From Myxococcales bacterium (GTDB lineage: Bacteria; Myxococcota_A; UBA9042; JABWCM01; BTVJ01), in the NCBI GenBank assembly GCA_045863395.1, contig BTVJ01000001.1:32001-96000 (forward strand): a stretch of DNA of 64,000 nt, given 5' to 3'. Position 1 is the stretch's first letter; every line of letters begins with the position of its first letter. Below the pieces are notes generated by a model. It was not told the origin of the DNA and did not search any database. It saw only the letters and a program-made list of their open reading frames with translations. This document shows positions 19,701-28,122 of the stretch, piece by piece. A program made the translations under genes and the position numbers.

Positions 19701-19763
19701 GTGTGGGAGCTGCGAGATCCCATCCCCTGGGAGGTCCTGCGCCATGCCAGGGTCGCGGCCTGA
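16719..19763 (+). CDS. PLD nuclease-SF2 helicase-DUF3427 protein (SauUSI-like type IV restriction enzyme family)
   Basis: PLD LHAKAW...YVGSSNLS, Walker A ATGTGKT, DEVHH, GLTATPER, VDLFNEGVD, QQLGRGLR and C-terminal LFVTL.K...YDDYAIS...FHWQSQS. SD GGGAGG before ATG 16719. Confidence 0.88.
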   Translation: MGGLIEGLYEELLTTVRLAALEQQRQQGWVAEVADLDGAAAHTVIARALAQRIERALRAVPHDEHRLESQIALANRVLALLGEGGEALTPKELHALVRPTSDLSPRCSPPRPGIPLSDLGLIVNGKDWRIGAEVSRELQSADEVDLVCSFILMSGVRTLLDGVERLRERGGRLRVLTTTYTGATQLRALDALAARGAEIRVSYDGSRTRLHAKAWMFWRRTGWHTAYVGSSNLSSSALVDGLEWNVRLAARAAPQVLEKLRATFENYWSDGEFEPLDRDRFCRAVQVERRSREEPFSTLELRPYPFQAEILERLRVERELHDRWASLVVAATGTGKTVIAALDYKGLVERLGPLRLLFIAHRREILQASRATFRHALGDGSFGELLVDGERPADGRHVFASIQSLALLDLAALSPTAYDVVVVDEVHHAAAATYEALLAHLRPQVLLGLTATPERADGQSILGWFGGRIAAELRLWDAIDRGLLVPFHYFGLADEVDLSRVTWSRGRYAPAELDNVYTGHDARARLVLRAVRDTVDDVRSMRALGFCVSVRHARFMASRFDEAGIPALALSAETDRETRADAMRRLRDREVNVLFTVDLFNEGVDMPWLDTVLFLRPTESVTVFLQQLGRGLRTAPGKPLLTALDFVGQAHRSFRFDLRWRALTGGSRREVLEQVEQGFPLLPAGCSVHLDRVSRQVVLENIRQAVGTSARSLRDELRRLGDVDLATFLREAAVEPEELYRGRSFTDLRRDVDLPTAPPGPDETLLLRRLRGLLHLDDPARIASARALLAGSDPITEQERRLAQMLLVSLLGLDATDLEAGLARLRRHDAVCQELRSLLDVLDERVAHIPIDLGVPDVPLRVHCRYSLDEVMAAFGDVRNGAVYRPRGQGVHFDRPTACHLLFVTLCKSERDYSPSTMYDDYAISERAFHWQSQSTTAAGSLDGRRHQQHAALGVTPLLFVRERKKDDRGQTLPYTLLGPVTYVSHEGERPMSIVWELRDPIPWEVLRHARVAA

Positions 19764-19894
19764 GAACCTCGGCACCAGGGATACGCACGCCAACGCCACA
19801 AGCGCAACACATGCGTAGAATTACCACAGCGTCTTTACGACCCGAGGCGCCCATTGGCCGCGACGGGGCGCCACGAGACGACGTCATGCACGGG

Positions 19895-19910
19895 TGGCAC
19901 AGCCCTTGCT
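19895..19910 (+). promoter_or_regulatory. Sigma-54 (-24/-12) promoter
   Basis: TGGCAC-AGCCC-TTGCT matches the TGGCAC-N5-TTGCW consensus exactly and ends 26 nt before ATG 19937. Confidence 0.8.
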
Positions 19911-19936
19911 GTTGAGTTCGACTCACGGAGGTACTC

Positions 19937-21568
19937 ATGAAGATCAAGAATTTCACACCGCGTAGGGGGCTCGTCGCCGCAGGCCTCGCCCTGGCAGCGC
20001 TCCTCGGCGCCTGCGAGACGACCACCGACTCCCAGAGCACCGACTCCCAGAGCACGGACACTGCGGGCGACGCCCAAGGCGGCGACGTGGGGATCACCTG
20101 CACCGTAGGCGACAAGACCTATGCCCAGGGCGACAGCTTCCCATCGAGCGACGGCTGCAACACCTGCACGTGCGGAGCCGACGGGCAGGTCGCCTGCACG
20201 CTGATGGCCTGCCAGGTGACCTGTGACTACGGCGGCACGACCTACCCGGCCGGGGACTCGTTCCCGTCCACCGACGGCTGCAATACGTGCTCGTGCGAAG
20301 ATGACGGCCAGGTCTCCTGCACGCTGATGGCCTGCGTCGCCGAGTGCGTCGTGGGAGGCACGACCTACCAGCCGGGCGAGACCTGGGCTGCCGACTGCAA
20401 CACCTGCACGTGCGAAGAGGACGGGAGCGTCTCGTGCACGGAGATGCTCTGCCCGATGCCCTGCGTCCACGAGGGCGTGACCTACGCTCCCGGCGACGTC
20501 GTCCCCTGGGGCGACGGGTGCAGCGCCTGCACCTGCCAGGAGTCGGGAACCATCGCGTGCGACCAGAGCGCCTGCGGGACGTGCACCCACGAGGGCCAGA
20601 CCTACGGAGTCGGCGACTCCTTCCCGGCCGGCGACGGTTGCAACACCTGTACGTGCCAGGAGGACGGCTCGGTCGCCTGCACGCTGATCGCCTGCGCCGC
20701 GGTCTGCGACCACAACGGCCGGGAGCTGGTGGCAGGACAGGTCATCGGGGCGGGCGACGGGTGCGGCAAGTGTGAGTGCGAGGCCGACGGCACCGTGGAC
20801 TGCGCCTGGCCGGTCACATGCACCTGCGAGCCGGTCGATGGAGGCGGCCTGGACTACATCGGCGAGACCGTGGACATCTGCGCCGTCATCGACTTCGCCT
20901 GTCCGGACGGGACCACCCACTTCCAGAACGAGTGCGGCTGCGGCTGTGAGCAGAGCCCGGCCTGCCCGGACGAGGTGGACTGCGCGACCGGGGCTGCACA
21001 ATGCAGCGACCCGAGCTTCGCGGCGGGCTGCCCATACACGACCCTCCTGAACGCACCACCGCCGGCCTGCTGCGGCGCGGACGCCGACTGCGGTCCCGGG
21101 TGGGTCTGCGGCGGGGGAGCTGGCGGTATGGGCGTCTGCAAGCTGCCCGCGGAGGGCGACGCCTGCTGGTCCGACGGGGAGTGCGCGGAGGGCAGCTCCT
21201 GCGTGGGCGGCTTCACCTGCCCCTGCAACGCCGACTGCGATGGCTGGGACGAGCCCGGGACCTGCACGTCCGAAGAGAACGAGTGCACGAAGGATGCGGA
21301 CTGCCCGAGCGGGCAGTGCATCGCCGGGCCCCTCTGCCTCGACTGGTGCCTGGCGGGCGACCCGGCCTGCTGCTACGGCAACACCTGCGCCCCCTCCGCC
21401 TGCGGCCCGCTCCCGCCCAAGGGCTGCTCCAGTGACGGCCAGTGCACCGGGGGCGCCAAGTGCGTCATCGACGGGGGGTGCCACGCCTCGGTGTGCGGGT
21501 GCAACCCCGAGGAGGGCCTGATCATGTGTACGGCCGACTGCCAGCCCGGCTCCTGCAAGGCGCCCTGA
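19937..21568 (+). CDS. Cys-rich lipoprotein with six pacifastin/VWC-like repeats
   Basis: Lipobox LGAC. Repeats of the type CxxxxxTYxxGDSFPxxDGCNTCTCxxDGxVxCTLMAC. GGAGG SD. Confidence 0.82.
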   Translation: MKIKNFTPRRGLVAAGLALAALLGACETTTDSQSTDSQSTDTAGDAQGGDVGITCTVGDKTYAQGDSFPSSDGCNTCTCGADGQVACTLMACQVTCDYGGTTYPAGDSFPSTDGCNTCSCEDDGQVSCTLMACVAECVVGGTTYQPGETWAADCNTCTCEEDGSVSCTEMLCPMPCVHEGVTYAPGDVVPWGDGCSACTCQESGTIACDQSACGTCTHEGQTYGVGDSFPAGDGCNTCTCQEDGSVACTLIACAAVCDHNGRELVAGQVIGAGDGCGKCECEADGTVDCAWPVTCTCEPVDGGGLDYIGETVDICAVIDFACPDGTTHFQNECGCGCEQSPACPDEVDCATGAAQCSDPSFAAGCPYTTLLNAPPPACCGADADCGPGWVCGGGAGGMGVCKLPAEGDACWSDGECAEGSSCVGGFTCPCNADCDGWDEPGTCTSEENECTKDADCPSGQCIAGPLCLDWCLAGDPACCYGNTCAPSACGPLPPKGCSSDGQCTGGAKCVIDGGCHASVCGCNPEEGLIMCTADCQPGSCKAP

Positions 21569-21665
21569 CCATCCCCAGCTCGCCCCTCGAAAAAAAGTCC
21601 GCAACGCCTCTGGTGCTCGCACGAAGTGGGTCGCGTTCAACGGCGCAACCCACGGAGGAGTACCC

Positions 21666-23534
21666 ATGAGCGAGGTCGTGTCCATCCGCGAGGCAACCCT
21701 TCCCGGTCTCCCCACCGTCATCCATGCCCGCCAGCTCCGCGACCGCCGCCTGGTCGACAACCTGGCCACCGCGCTCGGCCTCTCCTCCGAGGAGGCCACC
21801 GCCGTCCACGTCCTCGCCCTGCTCGCCCACGACCCCGCCGTCGAGGCCCTGGCCTCCCCCTACCGGGTGGACCCTGACGCGCCATCGCTCAACGTCCGCG
21901 ACCTGCTGGACTTCTCCCTGACCGCCGGCGCCCCCCTGGACCTGGCCGCCGTCACCCACCTGGAGCGCCAGGGGGTCCTGCTGGTCGACCGGCGCGACCC
22001 GTTCCTGTCCGAAGCTCGCCGCCCCATCGCCCTCCCCGCGCCCGTCGCCGCCTGCCTCCTGTCCACCCTGTCGCCCGAGGACTCCCTGCCGCCCTGCGCC
22101 ACCCTGCTGGTCGGCGACCCGGCCACCGTGGTCCCCGGCGTCAAGGGCGCCGCCCTCGGGCGTCTGGGCGCCATCGCCGGGGCCGTCGCCGGGGACGCTG
22201 CGCTGCTCGTCGCCGTCCTGGCCCAGGGGGGCGAGGGCGCGAGCCGGGTGGCGCGGCGCATCGCTGGCGTCGCGCGGCGCCACGTGCTCCGCATCGAGGC
22301 GGCGCTGCTCCCCGGTCGCGCCGACGACGCCCTGGCCATGCTCCACTCCCTCGCCGTCGCCGCCCGCTGCCAGGGCTGGGTGCTGCTCGTCGAGGGCCCC
22401 GACGCCGTCACGTTCCCCGCCGCCACCTGGAGCGCCGCGCTGGACCGAATGGCCGGCCTCGTGCTCGCCAGCACCACCAGCATCGACTCCCTGCCCGCCC
22501 CGCTCCGGGCCCGCCTCGCCGACCTGCTCGCCGTCAACGGCCAGGGCTCCACCACCCCCATGGACCTCATCTCCGAGCTCGGTGAGGGGCGCCTCGGCGA
22601 CGACTGGGACGACCCCACCCTACCCCACACGTCCCCTGCGGCGCTGGAGCAGGCCCTCCGCCGCGCCCGCGCCCTCGGGGGCGACATCTCCCGCGCCGAG
22701 GTCACCCACTCCCTGCGCCGCGTCTCGTCCAGCGCCCCCGAGGGCGGCGCGTGGCTGCTGTCACCCAAGGCCCGCCTCGCGGACATGGTCCTGGAGCCAG
22801 GCATCGCCCGCGAGCTCAACGACGTCGCCGCCGCCTGCCGCGTCCAGGCGGACGTGCTCGACGGCTGGGGCTTCCGGGGCGTGCGCGCCTCGGGCCACGG
22901 CGTCGGCGTGCTGCTCGACGGCCCCCCCGGCACCGGCAAGACCATGGCCGCCCATGCCTTGGCCCACGCGCTGGGGCGCCCCGTCCTCCAGGTGGACGTC
23001 CCCTCCGTGCTCAGCCGCTGGCTCGGCGAGACCGAGCAGCGCCTGGCCGAGCTGTTCCGCCGCGCCCGCGCGGTGGACGCGGTGCTGCTCTTCGACGAGG
23101 CCGACTCCTTCTTCGCGCGCCGCACCACGGACGTGAAGGGCGCCAACGACCGCTACGCCAACGTGGAGGTCAACACGGTGCTCCAGCTCCTGGAGCAGCA
23201 CGAGGGGGTCATCGTCCTGACCACCAACCTGGCCGAGGCGCTGGACCCGGCGGTCCGCCGCCGCCTCCGCTACCGCCTCACCTTCGCGGCCCCGGGCGTC
23301 GACGAGCGCGAGAGCCTGTGGCGCCGCAACCTGCCGCCCGCCGCCCCGGTCGCGGCCGACGTGGACCCCCTCGAGCTCGCCGAGTGCTATGAGCTGACCG
23401 GCGCCCACGTGGCCAACGCGGCGCTGCGGGCCGCCGCACGGGCCGCCAGCGAGGGATCCCCCATCACCCAGGTACACCTGAAGGACGCCGCCCGCGCCGA
23501 GTGCCGCGCCCTCGGCATGCTGTGTCGCGACTGA
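21666..23534 (+). CDS. AAA+ ATPase, Afp15/Pvc15-like subfamily (first AAA module degenerate)
   Basis: GPPGTGKT, SRWLGETEQRL, LLFDEADSFF, NDRYANVEVNTVLQLLE, LTTNL, DPAVRRRL and ELTGAHVANAA. GGAGGAG SD. Confidence 0.85.
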   Translation: MSEVVSIREATLPGLPTVIHARQLRDRRLVDNLATALGLSSEEATAVHVLALLAHDPAVEALASPYRVDPDAPSLNVRDLLDFSLTAGAPLDLAAVTHLERQGVLLVDRRDPFLSEARRPIALPAPVAACLLSTLSPEDSLPPCATLLVGDPATVVPGVKGAALGRLGAIAGAVAGDAALLVAVLAQGGEGASRVARRIAGVARRHVLRIEAALLPGRADDALAMLHSLAVAARCQGWVLLVEGPDAVTFPAATWSAALDRMAGLVLASTTSIDSLPAPLRARLADLLAVNGQGSTTPMDLISELGEGRLGDDWDDPTLPHTSPAALEQALRRARALGGDISRAEVTHSLRRVSSSAPEGGAWLLSPKARLADMVLEPGIARELNDVAAACRVQADVLDGWGFRGVRASGHGVGVLLDGPPGTGKTMAAHALAHALGRPVLQVDVPSVLSRWLGETEQRLAELFRRARAVDAVLLFDEADSFFARRTTDVKGANDRYANVEVNTVLQLLEQHEGVIVLTTNLAEALDPAVRRRLRYRLTFAAPGVDERESLWRRNLPPAAPVAADVDPLELAECYELTGAHVANAALRAAARAASEGSPITQVHLKDAARAECRALGMLCRD

Positions 23535-23590
23535 CCCTCTCACCCGTCCACCACAGGCCCCCCGTCTCTCAGCTCCCGGTGTCCTCCGGG

Positions 23591-23619
23591 TTGCATTCGC
23601 CCCTCCCGTCGGGGACAAT
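23591..23619 (+). promoter_or_regulatory. Sigma-70-type promoter, probably giving a leaderless or near-leaderless transcript
   Basis: TTGCAT-N17-GACAAT, 8 nt before ATG 23628, with no SD. Confidence 0.55.
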
Positions 23620-23627
23620 CGCCCGTC

Positions 23628-24044
23628 ATGAGCGGCGAAGGACGAGACGAGCGGCACCGCCTGGGGCGCCGGACGTTCCTGGTGGGCGCGTCGGTGGGCG
23701 CCGTGGCGCTTGCGGGCGCCATCCCCATGGTGCGCGGGCGACGCGTCCCGGCCTTCACGGTGCAGGCGGCCGCCTTCGAGCAGGAGGTGGGCGTGCGGAT
23801 CCCCAACGACCTGGCCCCCCCAGCCGAGCTGGCCCTGGTGCTCAGGTGCCAGGGCACCGAGCGGGTGCTCTCGTGGCACGAGGCGCCCCCTGGCGAGGAG
23901 GTCCGCGTCCGCCTCGCCTACCCGTTCGGCTCGCTGGTCCCGGGGGAGTACACCTACGTGGCCCGCGTCACCGACGCCCGCGGCGCCGCGGCGGCCAGCG
24001 AGCCGCTGACGGTCACCCTCAGCCGGTACCGCTTCGGATGCTGA
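23628..24044 (+). CDS. Small protein with a twin-arginine-like N-terminus and a small beta-sandwich domain
   Basis: GRRTFLVGASVGAVALAG at the N-terminus and LVPGEYTYVARVTD later. Its stop overlaps the next ATG (ATGCTGA). Confidence 0.7.
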   Translation: MSGEGRDERHRLGRRTFLVGASVGAVALAGAIPMVRGRRVPAFTVQAAAFEQEVGVRIPNDLAPPAELALVLRCQGTERVLSWHEAPPGEEVRVRLAYPFGSLVPGEYTYVARVTDARGAAAASEPLTVTLSRYRFGC

Positions 24045-25702
24045 GCCGCCTCGTGAGCCTGGTGGTCGTGCTCCTCGCGACGACCGCCCAAGGCGCCGTC
24101 CTCTGGCGCTCGCCCCAGATCAAGATCGACCGGGTGGACGCCTCCAACCCTCCCGCGCTCCGCATCTGGGCGACGTTCCTCGACCGGACGCAGCGACCCG
24201 TGCCCATCGACCAGGTGGAGAAGCTGGTCCTGACGGCGAAGCGGGACCGGCAGCGGGCCGAGCCGTTCGTCACGTTCCTGACGGGCAAGACCAATGAGAC
24301 GAAGGCGGAGCTCAAGCCGCGGCTCAAGGCGGAGCGCCCCATGGGGCTGCTCGTGGTCATGCCGGCGACCCTCAGCGGGGCCCTCGACCTGACGACCCTC
24401 GGGGAGTCGGTGCGCAACGCGGTCTCGGAGCTGTTCCGGCGCGCGATCGGCGGGAGCGACCGGGCCAACCTCATCTGGTACGCGGACGACCTGTTCACGT
24501 ACATCCCGACCGCGGGCAAGACCACCGAGCTGTCGAACCTGACCCACCGCCACCGGGAGTGCATCCGCGCGAGGGAGGACCTGGCGGAGAGGCCCGCGCC
24601 GGAGGACCCCGAGGCGGAGAAGCCCGAGGCAGGCAAGAAGCTGGTGGACCTGGGCTCGGAGGCGTGCGGCCTCGTCTCGAAGCACGGCGCCATCGCGGAC
24701 ATCGTCAAGGGCCTCGGCCTCCCCCGGGCCTTCTACCCCAACCTGTTCGGGCTCGGCGACGCGCTGGAGATGTGCCTGAAGCCCGAGCACGAGCGGCTGC
24801 GGCCGCCAGTCTCGCTGGACAGCGGGACCGGACCGGGGTCCGCCGTCACGGAGGCCCTGGAGATGCTCGTGCGGTCCGGCGAGGGCCTCGACGGCCTGGA
24901 GCTGGTGCTGGTGACCGACGGCCGCGACGGCTACCTCTTCCGGCGGGACGACTGTCGGACGGTGTTCCAGGACGAGCGGTGCCCGCGAACGGTGGCGCCG
25001 CAGCCCGCGGCGACCGGGAAGCCGGGGAAGGCGGGAAAGCCGACCAGGCTGTCCGACGAGCAGGTGACCGCCGTGCGCACCTGCGTGAGCGCCAACATGC
25101 ACGCGCTGCTCAAGAAGGAGCAGGAGGCCTTCGTCGACAGGGCGCGGGCCTGGCTGACGCTGGCGCGGGCGTCCGGCATCCGCATCCACGCCGTCGGGGT
25201 GCGCACGGGCCTGGAGGGGGAGAACGAGCTGGAGCTGGACCGGCTCCGGGTGCTCTCCCAGCAGACGGGCGGAACGTGGCGGCTGGCGGAGGACGCCAAC
25301 GAGGTCTACGAGCAGGTCACGAACCTCGCCGACGAGCTGGCGGGGCAGTACGTCATCGACGTCGAGGACGCGGGCATCGCGCCTGGGGAGACCGTGGAGC
25401 TCGGCATCACCGCGACGGTCCTCGACGGGCCGACCGTCGACGCCGCGGACGGGTTCGTGATCACGGCGGCGGTCGTGGAGACCGGCGCCCAGGGGCTCGC
25501 GAAGCGGACCTTCGAGCGGTTGGTCGACAAGGTTGGCTGGACCTGGGCGGTGGTCATCGCCATCGCGGTGGCAGTGATCGTCCTGCTCATCGTGCTGCTG
25601 ATCTTCTACAAGACGATCAAGGCCATCGTGGGCAAGCTCGCGAAGAAGGCGAAGGCGGCCGCGGGCGATGCGGCCAAGAAGGCCGTCGGAGGCAAGAAGT
25701 GA
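24038..25702 (+). CDS. Exported vWA-like protein with a C-terminal TM anchor and Lys-rich tail
   Basis: Signal MLSRLVSLVVVLLATTAQG, LVLVTDGRDG, GIRIHAVG, LSQQTGGTW, TM WAVVIAIAVAVIVLLIVLLIF and tail KLAKKAK. Start 24038 lies inside track ORF 23501. Confidence 0.75.
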   Translation: MLSRLVSLVVVLLATTAQGAVLWRSPQIKIDRVDASNPPALRIWATFLDRTQRPVPIDQVEKLVLTAKRDRQRAEPFVTFLTGKTNETKAELKPRLKAERPMGLLVVMPATLSGALDLTTLGESVRNAVSELFRRAIGGSDRANLIWYADDLFTYIPTAGKTTELSNLTHRHRECIRAREDLAERPAPEDPEAEKPEAGKKLVDLGSEACGLVSKHGAIADIVKGLGLPRAFYPNLFGLGDALEMCLKPEHERLRPPVSLDSGTGPGSAVTEALEMLVRSGEGLDGLELVLVTDGRDGYLFRRDDCRTVFQDERCPRTVAPQPAATGKPGKAGKPTRLSDEQVTAVRTCVSANMHALLKKEQEAFVDRARAWLTLARASGIRIHAVGVRTGLEGENELELDRLRVLSQQTGGTWRLAEDANEVYEQVTNLADELAGQYVIDVEDAGIAPGETVELGITATVLDGPTVDAADGFVITAAVVETGAQGLAKRTFERLVDKVGWTWAVVIAIAVAVIVLLIVLLIFYKTIKAIVGKLAKKAKAAAGDAAKKAVGGKK

Positions 25703-28008
25703 CGCCGCCGGTCATCGATCCCACCGAGCGCTTCCTGCTCATCGGCGGCCAGCCCTACGAGGTCCCGGGCGGGATCCGCATCGTCAACTACAAGCACCCG
25801 AACGCGTCGGTGCGCATGAGCTTCTACGACGCCCAGGGGCCGGACGGCGCCTTCGGAAGCAGCTTCGTCCACCCTCGGAGGAACAAGGGGCTCGACGTCA
25901 AGACGCTGGACGAGCTCAAAGAGGTCGTCCACATGATCGTGGTCCATACGGACTGCTGCTACAACTCCGCGCAGTGCTTCATGGTGCTCAAGGCGCGCCA
26001 GCTCTCGACCCACCTGATGATCGACTGGGACGGGACGGTGTACCAGGCCACGGACATCATGGATCAGGCGATCCACGCGGTGGGGGTGAACAAGCAGTCC
26101 GTCGGCATCGACATGAACAACGTGCTGCCCAACATGGCGCGCGATCCGGTCAAGCGCTCCTACGCACAGATCCTGGGCGGGAAGTACGCGGAGCAGGTGG
26201 CGGACCCCGCGTACAAGCGGCAGCTCTCCGAGCCGACCATCATCCAGGGGGGGCGCGTGCAGAGCTACGGCTACACCGACGCCCAGTACCGGGCGCTGGC
26301 GGGTGTGGTGGAGGTGCTGTCCACGGTGCTGCCGCGCATCAAGAAGCAGCACCCCATGGACGCTTCGGGGCGCGTCATCCCGCAGGTGGTGGAGGGGGGC
26401 ACTGCGTTCGAGGGCATCATCGCCCACTGGCACACCGAGGTGAACCGCTGGGACCCGGGCCCAGGCTTCGACTGGGACCGCCTCTACCACGCCCTGCGCG
26501 GCGAGGAGAACGTCTACCCCATCAAGCTGAACGAGGCGCAGGACGAGAAGGCGCTGTTCAACGAGTCCGCCATGGCGGAGGTCTCCGACCAGTTCTACCG
26601 CAACAACGAGCAGGGGCGCGGCGGCTACTACCCGCTCGGGATCAACCAGCAGTGGCACGGGGGGATCCACCTGCACGTCCCGAAGGGCACCCCGGTGCGG
26701 GCCATGCTCTCGGGGACGGTGGTGGCGGCCCACTTCGGGCCTCCCGTGGAGCTGGGGAGCAACAACTTCGTGGTGCTGCGCCACGAGGTCCCCATGCCCA
26801 GGGCGAACGACACGGAGGAGAACCCCACCAAACTCGTGGTGTACTCGCTGATGATGCACCTGGACGCGGTGGATCTGGAGGGCAAGGACCCGTCACGCAC
26901 CCCCGAGTGGCTGCGCGCCGTGGTGCAGGCAGGGGCCGCCGAGGAGGACGTGGAGAAGGAGCGCTTGAAGGCGCAGCGGGAGGAGGAGGACGAGGACCGC
27001 ACGGGGCTCGGGGGGGCCCGCAAGGCGGACGCCCCCTACCTGCGGATGGGCAAGGGGGGCATCGGCGCTCTGCGGCGCGGAGAGGTGGCGATCTTCGACT
27101 GGAAGGGGGCGGGGGCCATCCGGGTGGGGACGGGCGCCGTGGTCGGCTGGTCGGGGGAGTTCGGCGACGGCTACGAGACCGAGCCCCTGCTGCACGTGGA
27201 GCTCTTCGCCGACGGGAGCTGGCGGCGTGCCATCGACCTCGGCATCCACGCCCGCCACTGGGTGGAGATGCAGGAGGACGTCACAGCGAGTCTGCACGCG
27301 AACGCGGCAGATCTGCTGACGCTCGTGGGCGCGAGGCGCCCGAAGCTCGGTGATGGGGGGATGCTCCTGCCCAGGAAGCAGCTCCGCCCCCTGGACGTGG
27401 AGACCTTCTACCAGTCGGACAGCACCGAGGTGGAGAAGACCTACCTGCGCCGGGCCATCACCCGGCACGTCAGCGAATGGTCCGACGAGGTGGACTGGGT
27501 GCGCGCGCTCAGCGATGCGCAGGACTGGCGGGACCGGACCATCGACATCGACGCGCTGCTGCGCGGGGCCGGGGAGCGCTACCGGGACGGCATCTTCAGC
27601 CGGGAGATCCGCAAGATCCTCCCCTTCGTGTGGCTGACGAAGGAGGTGGCCGAGGGCATCGGCCTCGACGTCGCCGAGTGGAACGGGGTCTTGTACCACT
27701 TCCACCCCATCTGGTTCCTCCAGTGGCTCAAGTTCCACACGTCGACCCGGGTGCGGGTCATCTCCAAGGGCAAGTCCAGGAAAGAGCTGCAGAAGATGCT
27801 CGCCGAAGAGAAGGCCAAGGCAGACAAGGCCCGGGCCAAGCAGGCCGCCGGCGAGGCGCTCGGGGAGAACGAGGCCGAGCTCCTGGAGGGCCACGGAGCG
27901 TTCGTCGCCGAGGACATGGTCACCGAGGACACGAACCCGCGCGAGGTGCTCGACGACCTGCGCAGCATGCGGGGGCAGGGGCAGTGGCGCGACGTGTGGG
28001 AAGAGTAG
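25699..28008 (+). CDS. N-acetylmuramoyl-L-alanine amidase (Amidase_2) fused to a degenerate M23/WHIX-like domain
   Basis: Amidase motifs IVVHTD, STHLMIDWDGTVYQ, AIHAVGVNKQSVGID and AHWH..NRWDPGPGFDW. Then WHGGIHL, PVRAMLSGTVVA, FVVLRH, YSLMMHL, LHVELF, HVSEW and YHFHPIWF. GTG start overlaps the upstream TGA. No signal peptide. Confidence 0.8.
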   Translation: MTPPVIDPTERFLLIGGQPYEVPGGIRIVNYKHPNASVRMSFYDAQGPDGAFGSSFVHPRRNKGLDVKTLDELKEVVHMIVVHTDCCYNSAQCFMVLKARQLSTHLMIDWDGTVYQATDIMDQAIHAVGVNKQSVGIDMNNVLPNMARDPVKRSYAQILGGKYAEQVADPAYKRQLSEPTIIQGGRVQSYGYTDAQYRALAGVVEVLSTVLPRIKKQHPMDASGRVIPQVVEGGTAFEGIIAHWHTEVNRWDPGPGFDWDRLYHALRGEENVYPIKLNEAQDEKALFNESAMAEVSDQFYRNNEQGRGGYYPLGINQQWHGGIHLHVPKGTPVRAMLSGTVVAAHFGPPVELGSNNFVVLRHEVPMPRANDTEENPTKLVVYSLMMHLDAVDLEGKDPSRTPEWLRAVVQAGAAEEDVEKERLKAQREEEDEDRTGLGGARKADAPYLRMGKGGIGALRRGEVAIFDWKGAGAIRVGTGAVVGWSGEFGDGYETEPLLHVELFADGSWRRAIDLGIHARHWVEMQEDVTASLHANAADLLTLVGARRPKLGDGGMLLPRKQLRPLDVETFYQSDSTEVEKTYLRRAITRHVSEWSDEVDWVRALSDAQDWRDRTIDIDALLRGAGERYRDGIFSREIRKILPFVWLTKEVAEGIGLDVAEWNGVLYHFHPIWFLQWLKFHTSTRVRVISKGKSRKELQKMLAEEKAKADKARAKQAAGEALGENEAELLEGHGAFVAEDMVTEDTNPREVLDDLRSMRGQGQWRDVWEE

Positions 28009-28122
28009 CGGGGCCGGGCGCCTTCGAGGGACCGGGCCCCGAGGGGCTGAGGTCCGGGGCGCTGGTGGTTGGTGGCCTGCCCGTGGCGCTGGTGTCGCGA
28101 GGGCCGGTGGAGGGCCAGGCGC

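Noticed and set aside
20024..20053. Perfect 15-bp tandem duplication (TDSQS x2); also 9-bp GAD repeats near 4112-4152 and a Gly run near 16310-16378
   Set aside because: In-frame slippage in low-complexity lipoprotein linkers with no sign of a separate function.
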